DNA of 63,018 nt, the filler included, from Octopus bimaculoides (Eukaryota), in the NCBI RefSeq assembly GCF_001194135.2. It is 5 parts of 5 records of this genome, joined end to end, with 100 filler letters (N's around TTAATTAATTAA, not from the genome) between each part and the next. Parts side by side here need not be neighbours in the genome. Positions count along the whole stretch, not along the records: positions 47,115 to 58,974 come from NC_069000.1; positions 59,075 to 63,018 come from NW_026411208.1; 3 more parts are not named here. The stretch is one strand, 5' to 3'. Shown here one piece after another: positions 51,181 to 63,018 of this stretch. Numbering within the stretch: the stretch's first letter is position 1; every line of letters starts with the position of its first letter. Both the position numbers and the translations under genes were made by a program. Below the pieces are notes generated by a model, which saw only the letters and a program-made list of their open reading frames with translations, had not been told where the DNA came from and did not search any database.

Positions 51181-51869
51181 ATCCTAGAGAAAGCAGCTCA
51201 ACCGCCTCCAAATCACAGCCAGTCGTCTTTAAAATGGCGACTTTTTTGTTTGAAGAACACACAATCGAACAAGAAAGTCTCTGCGTGATCGACCAAACAA
51301 CTTGAAAGAGCAACTAAAATCTCCCTCAAATCAAACCCTTCTGTCTAAAGAAACCTAAACGCTACATGGGATGATGGGATCCTGGGTACATGATACCTAG
51401 AAGAAAGAATAACAAGTACGGTTATGGCTAGAATAATCCGAGATCTGCTCATCCAGTAACAAGGAAGTGTCCATTAGAAAATAGTCCTGGATTTACTATA
51501 TCCGAAAAAAAAAAGATCCGTCGCATGGTCATGGATGGACCGCTTTTTGCTAATAGATCTGCTCGATCGGGGCTGTTCTGGTGTTGATTACAAAATTTTG
51601 CTGCTTTCAGATAGAACACACAGTTACCTCCCTTTAAACGTTTCTGTGTTTGGTGGGGTTTTTTTTTCGATTTAAAACAATTTTTCTTTCACTTTTGTCA
51701 TTCTTCTTTTTCTTTCAGTCATTCGTTTTTCTTTCCTTCTTCCTCTCACTTTTCTTTTCTTTTTCAACTATCGTTCATTTCTTTTATATTTTAAAAAATG
51801 TTCCTATTTTTTCATTCCGTTTCTTTCTTTCTTGTCCCTCTTCCCTTTCTTTCGTTTTCTTTTTCTTTC

Positions 51870-52025
51870 GGAGATGTACTTGCATAGCAAGTGACCTGAT
51901 CTGAGATCGTGTGCTGGAACGAAAACAATTGCAGCGTGGAAGGTTTTAAAATAGATCCGGTTTTTATAAGCCATTTAAAATAACACACAAAAGCCGTCAG
52001 GTTCACTCCAGCATTTAAATTTAAT
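51870..52025. mobile_element. Unclassified interspersed repeat
   Basis: gtacttgcatagcaagtgacctgatctgagatcgtgtgctggaacgaaaacaattgcagcgtggaagg; recognised from memory as a common octopod repeat, single-copy in this window. Confidence 0.45.
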
Positions 52026-53148
52026 TTATATACACACACACATACATAGGTGTGTATGTATGTATGTATGTATGCATGCATGCATGCATGTATGTATGTA
52101 TGTATGTATGTATGTATGTACGTATGCATGTATATATGTATGCGTATATGTGTATTTAAATGTGTGTAAACATTTATTTTCCCAAACATAAAAAACTATT
52201 TGATTATCGGAATTCAGTGGTAAAGCCATAAACCTCGTAATGAGTGATTAACGCCTGCGGCACATCACACTCACTCACAAATACACGCACACTCACGTGA
52301 GTGTGAATGTAAGTTTGAGTGTCGCGTGTATAATGAGTGAGTATTAGAGCGAAAAGTCTGTCGCTACGCGTGAATAATCAAGTCGAAAGGTCGGCTTCGG
52401 GAGACAGCCCAGTCAAGCGGGTGTCGTGCCCGCCTCGACTGATTACACACTCACGCGCACACGCACACACACACATACACAGAGTTATATATACCTACAC
52501 ACAGACGTACATGCATACACACACACACACATACATACATACATACATACATACACGAACACACTCACCTATACACATACATACGTATGGATATGTGCGT
52601 GCGGTGTGTGTGTACAATGGCAAGTAAATGTTCATATATANNNNNNNNNNNNNNNNNNNNNNNNNNNNNNNNNNNNNNNNNNNNNNNNNNNNNNNNNNNN
52701 NNNNNNNNNNNNNNNNNNNNNNNNNNNNNNNNNNNNNNNNNNNNNNNNNNNNNNNNNNNNNNNNNNNNNNNNNNNNNNNNNNNNNNNNNNNNNNNNNNNN
52801 NNNNNNNNNNNNNNNNNNNNNNNNNNNNNNNNNNNNNNNNNNNNNNNNNNNNNNNNNNNNNNNNNNNNNNNNNNNNNNNNNNNNNNNNNNNNNNNNNNNN
52901 NNNNNNNNNNNNNNNNNNNNNNNNNNNNNNNNNNNNNNNNNNNNNNNNNNNNNNNNNNNNNNNNNNNNNNNNNNNNNNNNNNNNNNNNNNNNNNNNNNNN
53001 NNNNNNNNNNNNNNNNNNNNNNNNNNNNNNNNNNNNNNNNNNNNNNNNNNNNNNNNNNNNNNNNNNNNNNNNNNNNNNNNNNNNNNNNNNNNNNNNNNNN
53101 NNNNNNNNNNNNNNNNNNNNNNNNNNNNNNNNNNNNNNNNNNNNNNNN

Positions 53149-53217
53149 ACATCTCCTCCAGCTGGCTATTGACACACATCTGTGTCCTGTATGTCAATAG
53201 CCAGCTGGAGGAGATGT
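53149..53217. other. Perfect 26-bp stem-loop
   Basis: acatctcctccagctggctattgaca (53149-53174) is the exact reverse complement of tgtcaatagccagctggaggagatgt (53192-53217). Confidence 0.95.
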
Positions 53218-54510
53218 TCTCCTGGGGCTAAAAGCAACAGTAACATCCACCCTTAGGGTCAGCCACATTTAAGTGGCAAATATACTTCACCTTGTCGTGC
53301 AGTTACTGTTAATACCTCGTTCAGAGATTTAATATATATATATGATCCAAAAATAAAGAAAAAAGCAGAGTTAGGTCGACTCTCAGGAAAAGTGGATGTG
53401 TATGTATGTATGTTTGTATGGTATACACGCGTGTACGTGTGTATGTTACCCCTGTTTTTTTCTTATAGGGGACCCGAAGCCCTTATATGCCCTTTCTCGA
53501 AAGCGTTTCTCCTTTTTTAAGACAGTAAATTGCATATGATGTTAAAGCTTCTTCTGGGGAGTCGAAGAGTTTTGCGGGTTTTACACTTCAGTCACTTCTC
53601 TTCCCATGTCTTTTCTGGCTTAGGGTGACAGTACCTGCGAAGGGCCCCCTCTCTAGATATGTACCACGTAGGCTCACCGATGTGTAGACACACTCTTGAA
53701 CCACGTGAGCCAGTCATCCCGACATATGAGAGGGAAGAGAAATCCATTTGATTGACGTCTACAGCCTTGCTACATGAAGAGAGGGAGTTTATAATACGAG
53801 GCAGATTTGCTTATTATGTCTAGCAGGCAAACTGGCCATACAGTGACTGGCTTTTTGTCCTTCGTTCTAAAGAGAAATGTCATTCTAGTTGAAATTACGG
53901 TGAATAATATCCAAATTCTAATAATTGCTTCATACAATTCAGTTTTTAAGTTCAAATATCAGGCAATCGTTTGCTTTCAATTACAAACTTTTCCATTTAA
54001 ATATCGAATTGACATTCTTTTTTTTTTTTACAAAATGAAATTTCTTTTATTGTTTCAATTTATTCTATAAATCATTTATGGGTTTNNNNNNNNNNNNNNN
54101 NNNNNNNNNNNNNNNNNNNNNNNNNNNNNNNNNNNNNNNNNNNNNNNNNNNNNNNNNNNNNNNNNNNNNNNNNNNNNNNNNNNNNNNNNNNNNNNNNNNN
54201 NNNNNNNNNNNNNNNNNNNNNNNNNNNNNNNNNNNNNNNNNNNNNNNNNNNNNNNNNNNNNNNNNNNNNNNNNNNNNNNNNNNNNNNNNNNNNNNNNNNN
54301 NNNNNNNNNNNNNNNNNNNNNNNNNNNNNNNNNNNNNNNNNNNNNNNNNNNNNNNNNNNNNNNNNNNNNNNNNNNNNNNNNNNNNNNNNNNNNNNNNNNN
54401 NNNNNNNNNNNNNNNNNNNNNNNNNNNNNNNNNNNNNNNNNNNNNNNNNNNNNNNNNNNNNNNNNNNNNNNNNNNNNNNNNNNNNNNNNNNNNNNNNNNN
54501 NNNNNNNNNN

Positions 54511-54549
<39 letters not shown>

Positions 54550-54717
54550 AATGTGTAGATATAAATGAATATATATGTAAATAAATGTTTGCGTGTGTTT
54601 ACAGCTGGATACACACACAGACACACACACATATGGGATGTGCATGTATATATATATATATAAAACTTAGATAAAACTTAGATATGTTTCGACCAAAGAT
54701 TGGTCCAGGCCATGTCT

Positions 54718-54825
54718 AACTTAATAGCACCACTCAAATTAACTTGATAGCACCACTCAAACTAACTTAATAGCACCACTCAAACTAACTTAATAGCACA
54801 CTCTAACTTAGTAACACACTCAAAC
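54718..54825. repeat. 23-bp minisatellite, about 4.5 units
   Basis: aacttaatagcaccactcaaact repeated. Confidence 0.9.
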
Positions 54826-55184
54826 ACATATATTAAAACTGAGAATGGAATTTATGTTATTATTTTTAATTTTGTAGTTACAATTGTTTCAATGCAGCAT
54901 GGAAAATATATTCTATAAATACAAATATTAGTATTGATAATAATAGTCATAGGAAGAGAGTCATAATAACAGTCATAGGAACTGATATAATATTGGTTTG
55001 GCGATGCAAACAGGAAACGCGCGAAACACGGTCCTTGAGTCACCCTGTTGCTAAATATTAATTAAAAATATAGAATGATAATATAAATACACACATACAT
55101 TATTAATTAGCCATGTTCATTTCATCAGACTCAAGAAATCAGTCTCAGAAATAATACACTTTCGATATCAATATATATATCAAA

Positions 55185-55400
55185 AGCGGCGAGCTGGCAG
55201 AATCGTTAGCACGCCGGGCGAAATGCTTAGCGGTATTTCGACTGCCACTGCGTTCTGAGTTCAAATTCCGCCGAGGTCGACTTTGCCTTTCATCCTTTCG
55301 GGGTCGATAAATTAAGTACCAGTTACGTACTGGGGTCGATCTAATCGACTGGCCCCCTCCCCAAAAATTTCGGGCCTTGTGCCTAGAGTAGAAAAGAATA
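55185..55400 (+). mobile_element. Near-intact SINE family B (tRNA head + Meta-like domain)
   Basis: A-box-like ctggcagaatcgttagc, B-box-like gagttcaaattcc, and gactttgcctttcatcctttcggggtcgataaattaagtaccag, which resembles my recollection of the MetaSINE domain. Purine/AT tail. Confidence 0.9.
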
Positions 55401-55489
55401 TATATATTAATACATAGTTCACGAAATCATTCAGGAGAGAGGAAACTATTCTCTCTCTCCTTCTCCCCACCCTCTTGATGAATTTTGTA

Positions 55490-55530
<41 letters not shown>

Positions 55531-55645
55531 NNNNNNNNNNNNNNNNNNNNNNNNNNNATATATATATGTCCTGGGGTTGTATTGGTCGCAGTCACAATGA
55601 CTGAAACAAGTAAAAGAATAAAAGAATACGTTTATACGCGTGCGC

Positions 55646-55679
<34 letters not shown>

Positions 55680-55924
55680 GTTGATATCTCAAGTGCTAAT
55701 GGTTATCTTTTGATCTGTAGACATGAAGTCTATTGTGTCAAAACACAAAACGCCACAGACTGGCACCGATCTGCTTTGACCAATTCTATATCCAACCGAC
55801 TAACACGACAGCCGCAGTTTTGCTAGGCACATAATTGACTTTAAGTGAAGCTTTCCTTAGAAGTTCAGCTTTTTGATATCTTTCATTAGTTTACAATAAT
55901 TGCATATTGGCACTTGGCCAGTGA

Positions 55925-56225
55925 CGACGACGAGTGTTCTGGCTGATCCAATCAACGGAAGAGTATGCTCGAGAAATTAATGTACAAGTGGCTCAGCACA
56001 GGCACACGTACCCTTCATGTAGTTCTCGGGGAGATTAAGAGTGTGACACAGAATATGACAAGGCTGACTCCTTTGAATTACAGGTACGACTCACTTTCGC
56101 CAACTGAGTGGATTGGAGCAATGTGAAATAAAGTGTCTTGCTCGAGGACACAACGTGACGCTGGGAATCGAACTCACAGCTTACGACCGTTAGCCGATTA
56201 CCCTAAGCACTAAACCAGGCGCCTT
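55925..56225 (-). mobile_element. CORE-like SINE, module type 2
   Basis: Reverse complement of the 25383-25704 type. Confidence 0.85.
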
Positions 56226-58144
56226 CACATAACAAGAATTGTATTCGTTGGAAAGTTGTGTTTAATCTAAGAAAGAAAATGCTGTGGCAAGCTTTGAAGT
56301 CTAGGCACTTAGACCTTGTGGAGTCTTTCAGGATTCTTTGAGCTTTTCTGCTACGAACGATCGAAATGAAAATCAATTTCTCTGTGGTATATTGATAATT
56401 CGATATATTTCAGAAATCGCCTCAATTTCAGATTATTCCGATTTGTTCGCAATTTTCTAAGAGATTTCTCTAGGGCTTAAATTCAACACCGATTCGGACA
56501 GCTGAGGCCCATTGAAGTAGAAACACCTGTTCGCCGTTGTTCTCTTACTTTCATGAAGGAAAAACCAAACCAAACCAAAATGAAAAAGAAAAAGCATAAA
56601 CAGAAGGCTTTTTTTCCCTTATGGCATGAAGTTCTAGAGAATTGATGATTGCTTAGGATTATCTCCCCTTCCCCATTCAGTGTCTGTTGCAATTGTCGCC
56701 AGGTGATTGTTTGACTCACAACTATCGGAGAGCAAAGTGCACCTCGTGACCGCAGGTCCGCGAGATGGTTGTGACCTGTAAACAGTTTTAAGTTGGAACC
56801 GGAAAGAGAAGTATGAACACACAATGCGCATGTGCACACTGGATTCGCTTTATCTCGCTGTTTCAATTATGCAGATAACACCATTCTATATCCCCTAACG
56901 CGGAGAAGAGGTTTTTTTCACGCAGCTTTGCTGCAATTTTCTTCTTAAATATATATTAATGTGCGTGTGTATGCATATGTATGAATAATGTAAATATGTA
57001 TATATAAATTGGTATAATTATGTATGTATGTTCCTCTCTGGTGAATCTCTCATCAATTTTTTCAAGTATCACTTGAAGAGGAAGGTGAGAGTAGAGAGGG
57101 AAGTTTTGTCTAGTGAATGTTTCAAAAAAAGATGGGTGAATGTAGCAAGGATGGCAGGTGTGAATGACGGAGCCAGCTGGAGCAGAATCCCATGAACCAG
57201 AAAAACAAAGGAAAAAAGGAGAGTCACTTACTGTAATGTGTGTTTTTTTTTGTTTTTTTTTTGCATGACATTATTGCCCGAGGTTACCGTGGTTTTTTCC
57301 GTAGGCTTTTCTTTCCACGGATAAACCTAATTTGTTTTCCCTTTTACATTAACACATTTCTGTGATACATGATCCCTATCGGCTTCCCTTTTTTTCTCTC
57401 TCTCTCTTTCTTTCCACGATTCCTTTTGATCGAAATTCTACCCCCCACCCCACTTTTTCTTTCCTTCCCAATAAGAAAAGCTCTACTTTGTATTTTGTCC
57501 CCTCTGTGTTCAGCCCTGTGTCACCAATAAAAAAAAACATGTCTGTCTGTCTGTCTGTCAAGCAATCGACAGTTCTCCCGAAATTAAATGTGACTCAAGA
57601 AAAGAGAGCCTGGTTTGTTTATGTGTGTGTGTGTGTGTTTACGTGTAGATATGTATGTTATACAAATACACACATGCATACAACCACCATACACATATAT
57701 ATAGGTTGATGATGGATGCATAGCTCTCTCTCTCCCTCACTCCCTCCCTCTTTCCCCACCCTTCTCTCTCTCTTTCCCCACCCCTCCTCTCTCTCTCTCC
57801 TTCTTTCTCCTCCATCTCACACCCCACATAAGAACATCCACACAACTGTCCAGTTGCTTTGAAGGTAGTGAATGAAATCTTCTCTCAGACCAATTCTGGT
57901 TGGCATAAACCGGAATTAATTCCCATGGAGAAGATGCTGATTATTAATAAAGAAGAAGAAGATTCTCAACCGCTGCAGGAAATTGTACACAAATCACAAA
58001 ATTACCCGCGAATTATTTTAAATTATCTTTTATTGCATAAATTATTTTAAATTATTTTTTATTGCATAGATTTGACATCTCTCTGTTTCTCTTTCTTTGT
58101 GATACACATAAATTACATATATTCACACACACTTGCGCGTGCAT

Positions 58145-58201
<57 letters not shown>

Positions 58202-58213
58202 CATAGATAGATA

Positions 58214-58260
<47 letters not shown>

Positions 58261-58329
58261 ATTGCTTCCTACCGTCTTAAATAAAGAATAGATTGATCAG
58301 TTTCTGATATATACTGAAGTACGGACGGG

Positions 58330-58875
58330 ATGGTCACTTCTGGAACTCGAGGCAACCCAGTGCCATTACGCAAAGATTGACTCGGTGGAACTGATGAGTC
58401 ACCGGAAGTGACTCAGAGAACTGAGGCTCTACTGCCTGGAGAGAAGGCGAGAAAGATATGCAGTGACAGATATATGGAAGATCCTCGATGGTTTAGGTCC
58501 CAACTTTGGAGTAAAAAGCTATACCACCCATCGAACTGGATGGCACTGTATAATACAAAAGATACGCCTTCTTCATCTCGAAAAAGGACCCAGTACTGCA
58601 ACAGCTTGGGTCTCAAGGGACCGTAAATGTTCCCCATCCTGCCAAAGAACCTCAGAGATTCGAGAGGTGTAGATGGGGAGATCTTCATTAAACAACCGGA
58701 CAAATTTCTATCTGGAATCTCAGACGAACCCACATCGCGGCAGGAGACAGAGAAAGAAAAGATGGCTATGTCCAAAGTCGCTTCTTCATCAAAAACAGTA
58801 CAGAAAGTAGACCCAAACACACTGAAAGGCGGTGCTCCAGCATGGCCTTTGGCTGAAACCAGTAAAAGATATAAT
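58330..58875 (+). mobile_element. 5'-truncated CR1/L2-group LINE (post-RT C-terminus and 3' UTR)
   Basis: LELEATQ...LRELRLYCLERRRERYAVTDIWKILDGL.PNFG...GLKGP*MFPILPKNLRD..GVD..IF..QPDKFLSGISDEP. The LYxLExRR and F.N.LP motifs are typical of CR1/L2-type ORF2 ends. Ends ggcggtgctccagcatggcc..ggctgaaaccagtaaaagata. Confidence 0.85.
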
Positions 58876-58974
58876 ACAGACAGACAGATAGTTAGAGAGA
58901 GAGAGAAAGAGAGAGAGAGAGAGGTAAAGAGATAGATATAAATGTGTATATATGTATATATATATGTATATATA

Positions 58975-59074
58975 NNNNNNNNNNNNNNNNNNNNNNNNNN
59001 NNNNNNNNNNNNNNNNNNTTAATTAATTAANNNNNNNNNNNNNNNNNNNNNNNNNNNNNNNNNNNNNNNNNNNN
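58975..59074. other. Artificial 100-bp assembly linker N44-TTAATTAATTAA-N44
   Basis: 44 N + 12-mer at 59019-59030 + 44 N. Confidence 0.95.
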
Positions 59075-59116
<42 letters not shown>

Positions 59117-59481
59117 GAAAATACATATGCATGTGTATATGTTTGAATGCGTGTATGGGTGTGTGCGAAGCGGGGTGACATGTATCCGGTTGTGTTAAAG
59201 GTAGATTACTGTGGTGATAAAGAGATAATGTTAATCTGGGGATTATGCGTTCATTATATATCAAAAGAATTTTCTTTTCGCCATCATTTCTGAGTTGCTG
59301 GCGGTCAGAGTCATTAAGAATCAAAGCACGAGACATCATACACGTTAAAACAAACACACCTATGCACGCACGCGTACTCACGCGCATATCACCATACAGA
59401 TTAGCACAGAGATGCACAACATCAATATAACATACATTCACAGAGACACGGACATACGCACGTACGCAAATACATACACAT

Positions 59482-59536
<55 letters not shown>

Positions 59537-59938
59537 AGCAGAGAATGAGAGAGAGAAGCAGTGAGGCAGTGAGAGAGGGAGAGAGATAGTTCTATGCATA
59601 TGCACACAGATATATTCACATGTGTATAAACACACACACATACACAGATATATATATGTATGTATGTATGTATGCATAATATGATACATACGTAGATGAG
59701 TGTTGTGTATGCGTGAATGTGTGTAGAAAATACGTGAGTGCTATGTAGGATCCCGCATTAGTGAAAAATATATGCACTGAACGTAATTAAATTATGATAA
59801 GAGTGTGTGGCAGAGAGACAGCGTGGGAAATTCAAAGTAATCGACCAAATATATATATATATATATATATACATATATATTATAAGAGAGAATGAGAGAG
59901 AGAAAGTGTGAGAGTAGGAGAAAGGGAGCAATAAGAAA

Positions 59939-59977
<39 letters not shown>

Positions 59978-59987
59978 NNNNNNNNNN

Positions 59988-60030
<43 letters not shown>

Positions 60031-60449
60031 AGGGAGAGAGAGGCAAATAAGATGATGAGAATGTGTAAATATAATACGTGGACCATTGTTTGAAGAAAAT
60101 ATATGATGACATGTATATATGGGCATTACATCATTTGGATCATCATCAACAGCATCATCTGCGTTATTAACGTCATCAATATCCTTTTCACCGTTGTCAT
60201 CGCTGGCATCGTCATCGCCGTCGTCGTCGTTTTTGTCGACATTGCTGGCATTATCGCCTTGACAACGGTGAAATATCACACACGCATGTGTGTGATTTAT
60301 ATATAAAATTGAAAAAAAAGAAAACACTGAAAAACCCAGTTTGCCAACGACCCTTCAGCAACAACACGTCTTGATAAACTCAGTGGCTACAAAGAACTTC
60401 AGGCCAGGACAGACAAAGAGCACGGCAGATGTGGAAATGGTCACAAATC

Positions 60450-60550
60450 ATCTTGGAATAAAATGATTTGCTCAAGAACACAATTCTACGCCGGGAGCGG
60501 GAATCGAGCTCACGATCTGGTGATCGTGCGTGCAACACCCTAACCAGCTG
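60450..60550 (-). mobile_element. CORE-like SINE head fragment
   Basis: ttgctcaagaacacaa...cgccgggagcgggaatcgagctcacgatc..gtgatcgtg...accctaacc. Confidence 0.7.
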
Positions 60551-61064
60551 AATGGGAGTAAGGTTTGTACACACATTGATGAAATATGTGAAGAGCTCCG
60601 TTACAACAATTGGGGATATTTAACACATCCATCATAACGACCACCACTACGTTTCCTATACGCAGCCCAAGCGGCAGCATAAAGCCTTGAGAGAAAAAAT
60701 GGAACATTTCGAATATTTTTGTGAGTAATTGAAGACAACAGATGTAATGAACCTACTCAACTGCATTTTCTCGAAATCTTAAAATAAAATATTTGTTTTT
60801 ACTAACAAATTAAAACCAAAAATTTTCGAGAATGCTGTAACTTAAAAAATAATCGTTTGAAAGCAATCAGGAGAAATTATCTCTAATACAAACTGATATG
60901 AAACCATTTGAACAAACGTTATAAGCATTTGGAAATTTATTCTCGAAATCGAAGTATAGAAAAAAAAAAACAAGCAAAAATACAATGCAAGAAAACAAAA
61001 CCCCTAAAATGTGTGAAAAGGATTAAGTGGCAATATTTCACATATAAAAGCCAAAGCTATTACA

Positions 61065-61812
61065 ATATCAGAAGAGAAAGTCGTCCTTGAACTCAAAACA
61101 CGAAGCCGGAAGAAATGTCGCTGAGCGTTCTTTCCGGCGTGCCCATGATTCTGTCAGCTTGACGCTTTTGTAATAAATAATAATAATAATAATAATAATA
61201 ATAGTAATGATGGTGATAATAATAATAATAATAATAATGATAGTTTCAAATTTTGCCAAAAGGTTAGCCACTTTCAACTGGTACTCGTTTTATCGACCCC
61301 GAAATCATGACCTCGGCGGAATTTGAACGTTGAACGGAGTGGTACGCGAAATACCACTAAGCATTTCATCCTGTGCACTAACGATTCTGCCAGCTCGCCC
61401 ATTTTAACAACAACAACAACAATAATAATAATAATAATAATAATAGACTGAATCCAGTACGCAGCTGGTACTTCTATTATCGATCCCGAATTAAGGAAAG
61501 GCAAGGTCGACCTCGGTAGAATTTGAACTCAGAACGAGAGACGAAATGCTGCTAAGCATTTTCTCCTGCGTGCTGACGTTTCTGCCAGCTTGCTGCAGTT
61601 AAATATCCTTTTCTGCTCTAGGCACAAGGCCCGAAATTCTTGGGGAGGGGGCCAGCCGATTAGATCGACCGCAGTATGCAACTGGTACTTAATTTATCGA
61701 TCCCGAAAGAATGAAAGACAAAGTCGACCTCGGTGAGATCTGAACGCAGAACGAGAGACAGACGAAATGCCGCTAAGCATTTTACCCTGCGTGTTAATGG
61801 TTCTGCCAGCTC
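61065..61812 (-). mobile_element. Cluster of four SINE family B copies on the minus strand separated by (TAA)n tracts
   Basis: Copies near 61065-61160, 61275-61400, 61455-61592 and 61612-61812. Confidence 0.85.
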
Positions 61813-62556
61813 TCAGCCCTGTTGTAGATTAATATTAAAACTCAATTCATAAATACACTATCTCCGTTATATACTAGAATCTCGAAATCATAAACTGGAA
61901 GTTAAAAGTATTTGAAGATATTTATACACAGACAACGAAAACCAAATGAATTACAGAGTTCTGAATCAAATAAGGAAATATGATGTAGNNNNNNNNNNNN
62001 NNNNNNNNNNNNNNNNNNNNNNNNNNNNNNNNNNNNNNNNNNNNNNNNNNNNNNNNNNNNNNNNNNNNNNNNNNNNNNNNNNNNNNNNNNNNNNNNNNNN
62101 NNNNNNNNNNNNNNNNNNNNNNNNNNNNNNNNNNNNNNNNNNNNNNNNNNNNNNNNNNNNNNNNNNNNNNNNNNNNNNNNNNNNNNNNNNNNNNNNNNNN
62201 NNNNNNNNNNNNNNNNNNNNNNNNNNNNNNNNNNNNNNNNNNNNNNNNNNNNNNNNNNNNNNNNNNNNNNNNNNNNNNNNNNNNNNNNNNNNNNNNNNNN
62301 NNNNNNNNNNNNNNNNNNNNNNNNNNNNNNNNNNNNNNNNNNNNNNNNNNNNNNNNNNNNNNNNNNNNNNNNNNNNNNNNNNNNNNNNNNNNNNNNNNNN
62401 NNNNNNNNNNNNNNNNNNNNNNNNNNNNNNNNNNNNNNNNNNNNNNNNNNNNNNNNNNNNNNNNNNNNNNNNNNNNNNNNNNNNNNNNNNNNNNNNNNNN
62501 NNNNNNNNNNNNNNNNNNNNNNNNNNNNNNNNNNNNNNNNNNNNNNNNNNNNNNNN

Positions 62557-62605
<49 letters not shown>

Positions 62606-62904
62606 AAAAACAAAGAATAAATGTGAAACTAGATACACCGGGGAAAAATCGGGAAAGACAAAGCCAGAGTAAAAGATAAAAATACAAAAAGAAAAAAATG
62701 GAATCGGAATTCGAAAATATGGTGAGGAAAAAATAGAGAAAATCCACTTCATATTCAATATACCGTAAAACCCGACAGAGAGGAAATAAACCGGAGTGAA
62801 AGTAAGCAATGGTTCAATGACACTGCGCTAAAAGTAGAAAAATATGGTCTGGTTTTAGCTGCAATAGACCAATTCTTAACCAAAAATTATTACGAAAATA
62901 AATA

Positions 62905-63018
62905 AGGACAGCCGCAGGTCTAGTTGCGTAGTTAAGAAATTCACTTTGCAACCAGTTGGTTCTTGATTCAATTCCAGTGCACGGCACCATGCTCAAGTGT
63001 GGCGTACAATATACCCTG
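62905..63018 (+). mobile_element. Degenerate SINE family A head, cut by the window end
   Basis: gcaggtctagttgcgtagttaagaaattcactttgcaaccagttggttcttgattcaattccagtgcacggcacc. Confidence 0.55.

Noticed and set aside
53560-53800. GIY-YIG-like YVGMTG on the minus strand
   Set aside because: The upstream GIY/cysteine motifs and downstream conserved residues are absent.
58394-58425. CTGATGA followed by a GTCAC/GTGAC stem (hammerhead-like)
   Set aside because: The stem is followed by TCAG rather than GAAA, and it lies inside decayed LINE coding sequence.
550-62996. Most ORFs in the supplied track (YIYI, THTH, SLSL, VCVC, poly-V/T/L and X-filled)
   Set aside because: They are translations of microsatellites or read through N gaps, with no protein-like complexity.

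Overview
Repeat-saturated, gap-riddled animal genomic DNA, not a prokaryotic or accessory locus. The SINE families, microsatellite load and transposon set resemble Octopus repeats as I recall them, so an octopod short-read assembly is my inference. Four identical 100-bp linkers (N44-TTAATTAATTAA-N44) split the window into five pieces: 1-10336, 10437-32970, 33071-47014, 47115-58974 and 59075-63018. Adjacency across these linkers is unproven. I can support no intact protein-coding gene, tRNA, rRNA or CRISPR locus; almost all ORFs in the track are translated microsatellites or run through N gaps. What is present: many tRNA-headed SINE copies (CORE-like, Meta-like and a microsatellite-containing family), decayed non-LTR retrotransposons (two RLE-type, two CR1/L2-like) and decayed DNA transposons (Tigger/pogo, maT-like, rosa DD41D, hAT). 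Several minisatellites and satellites are also present. The best leads are structural: a perfect 26-bp hairpin (53149), a CpG-rich ~90-nt fold-back (52367), a ~640-bp inverted repeat with nested hairpins (33538), a 14-unit satellite grown from a dispersed repeat (28390), and a SINE/LINE pair sharing a 3' tail. A few orphan candidate exons are listed at low confidence. I found no convincing new multi-gene system.
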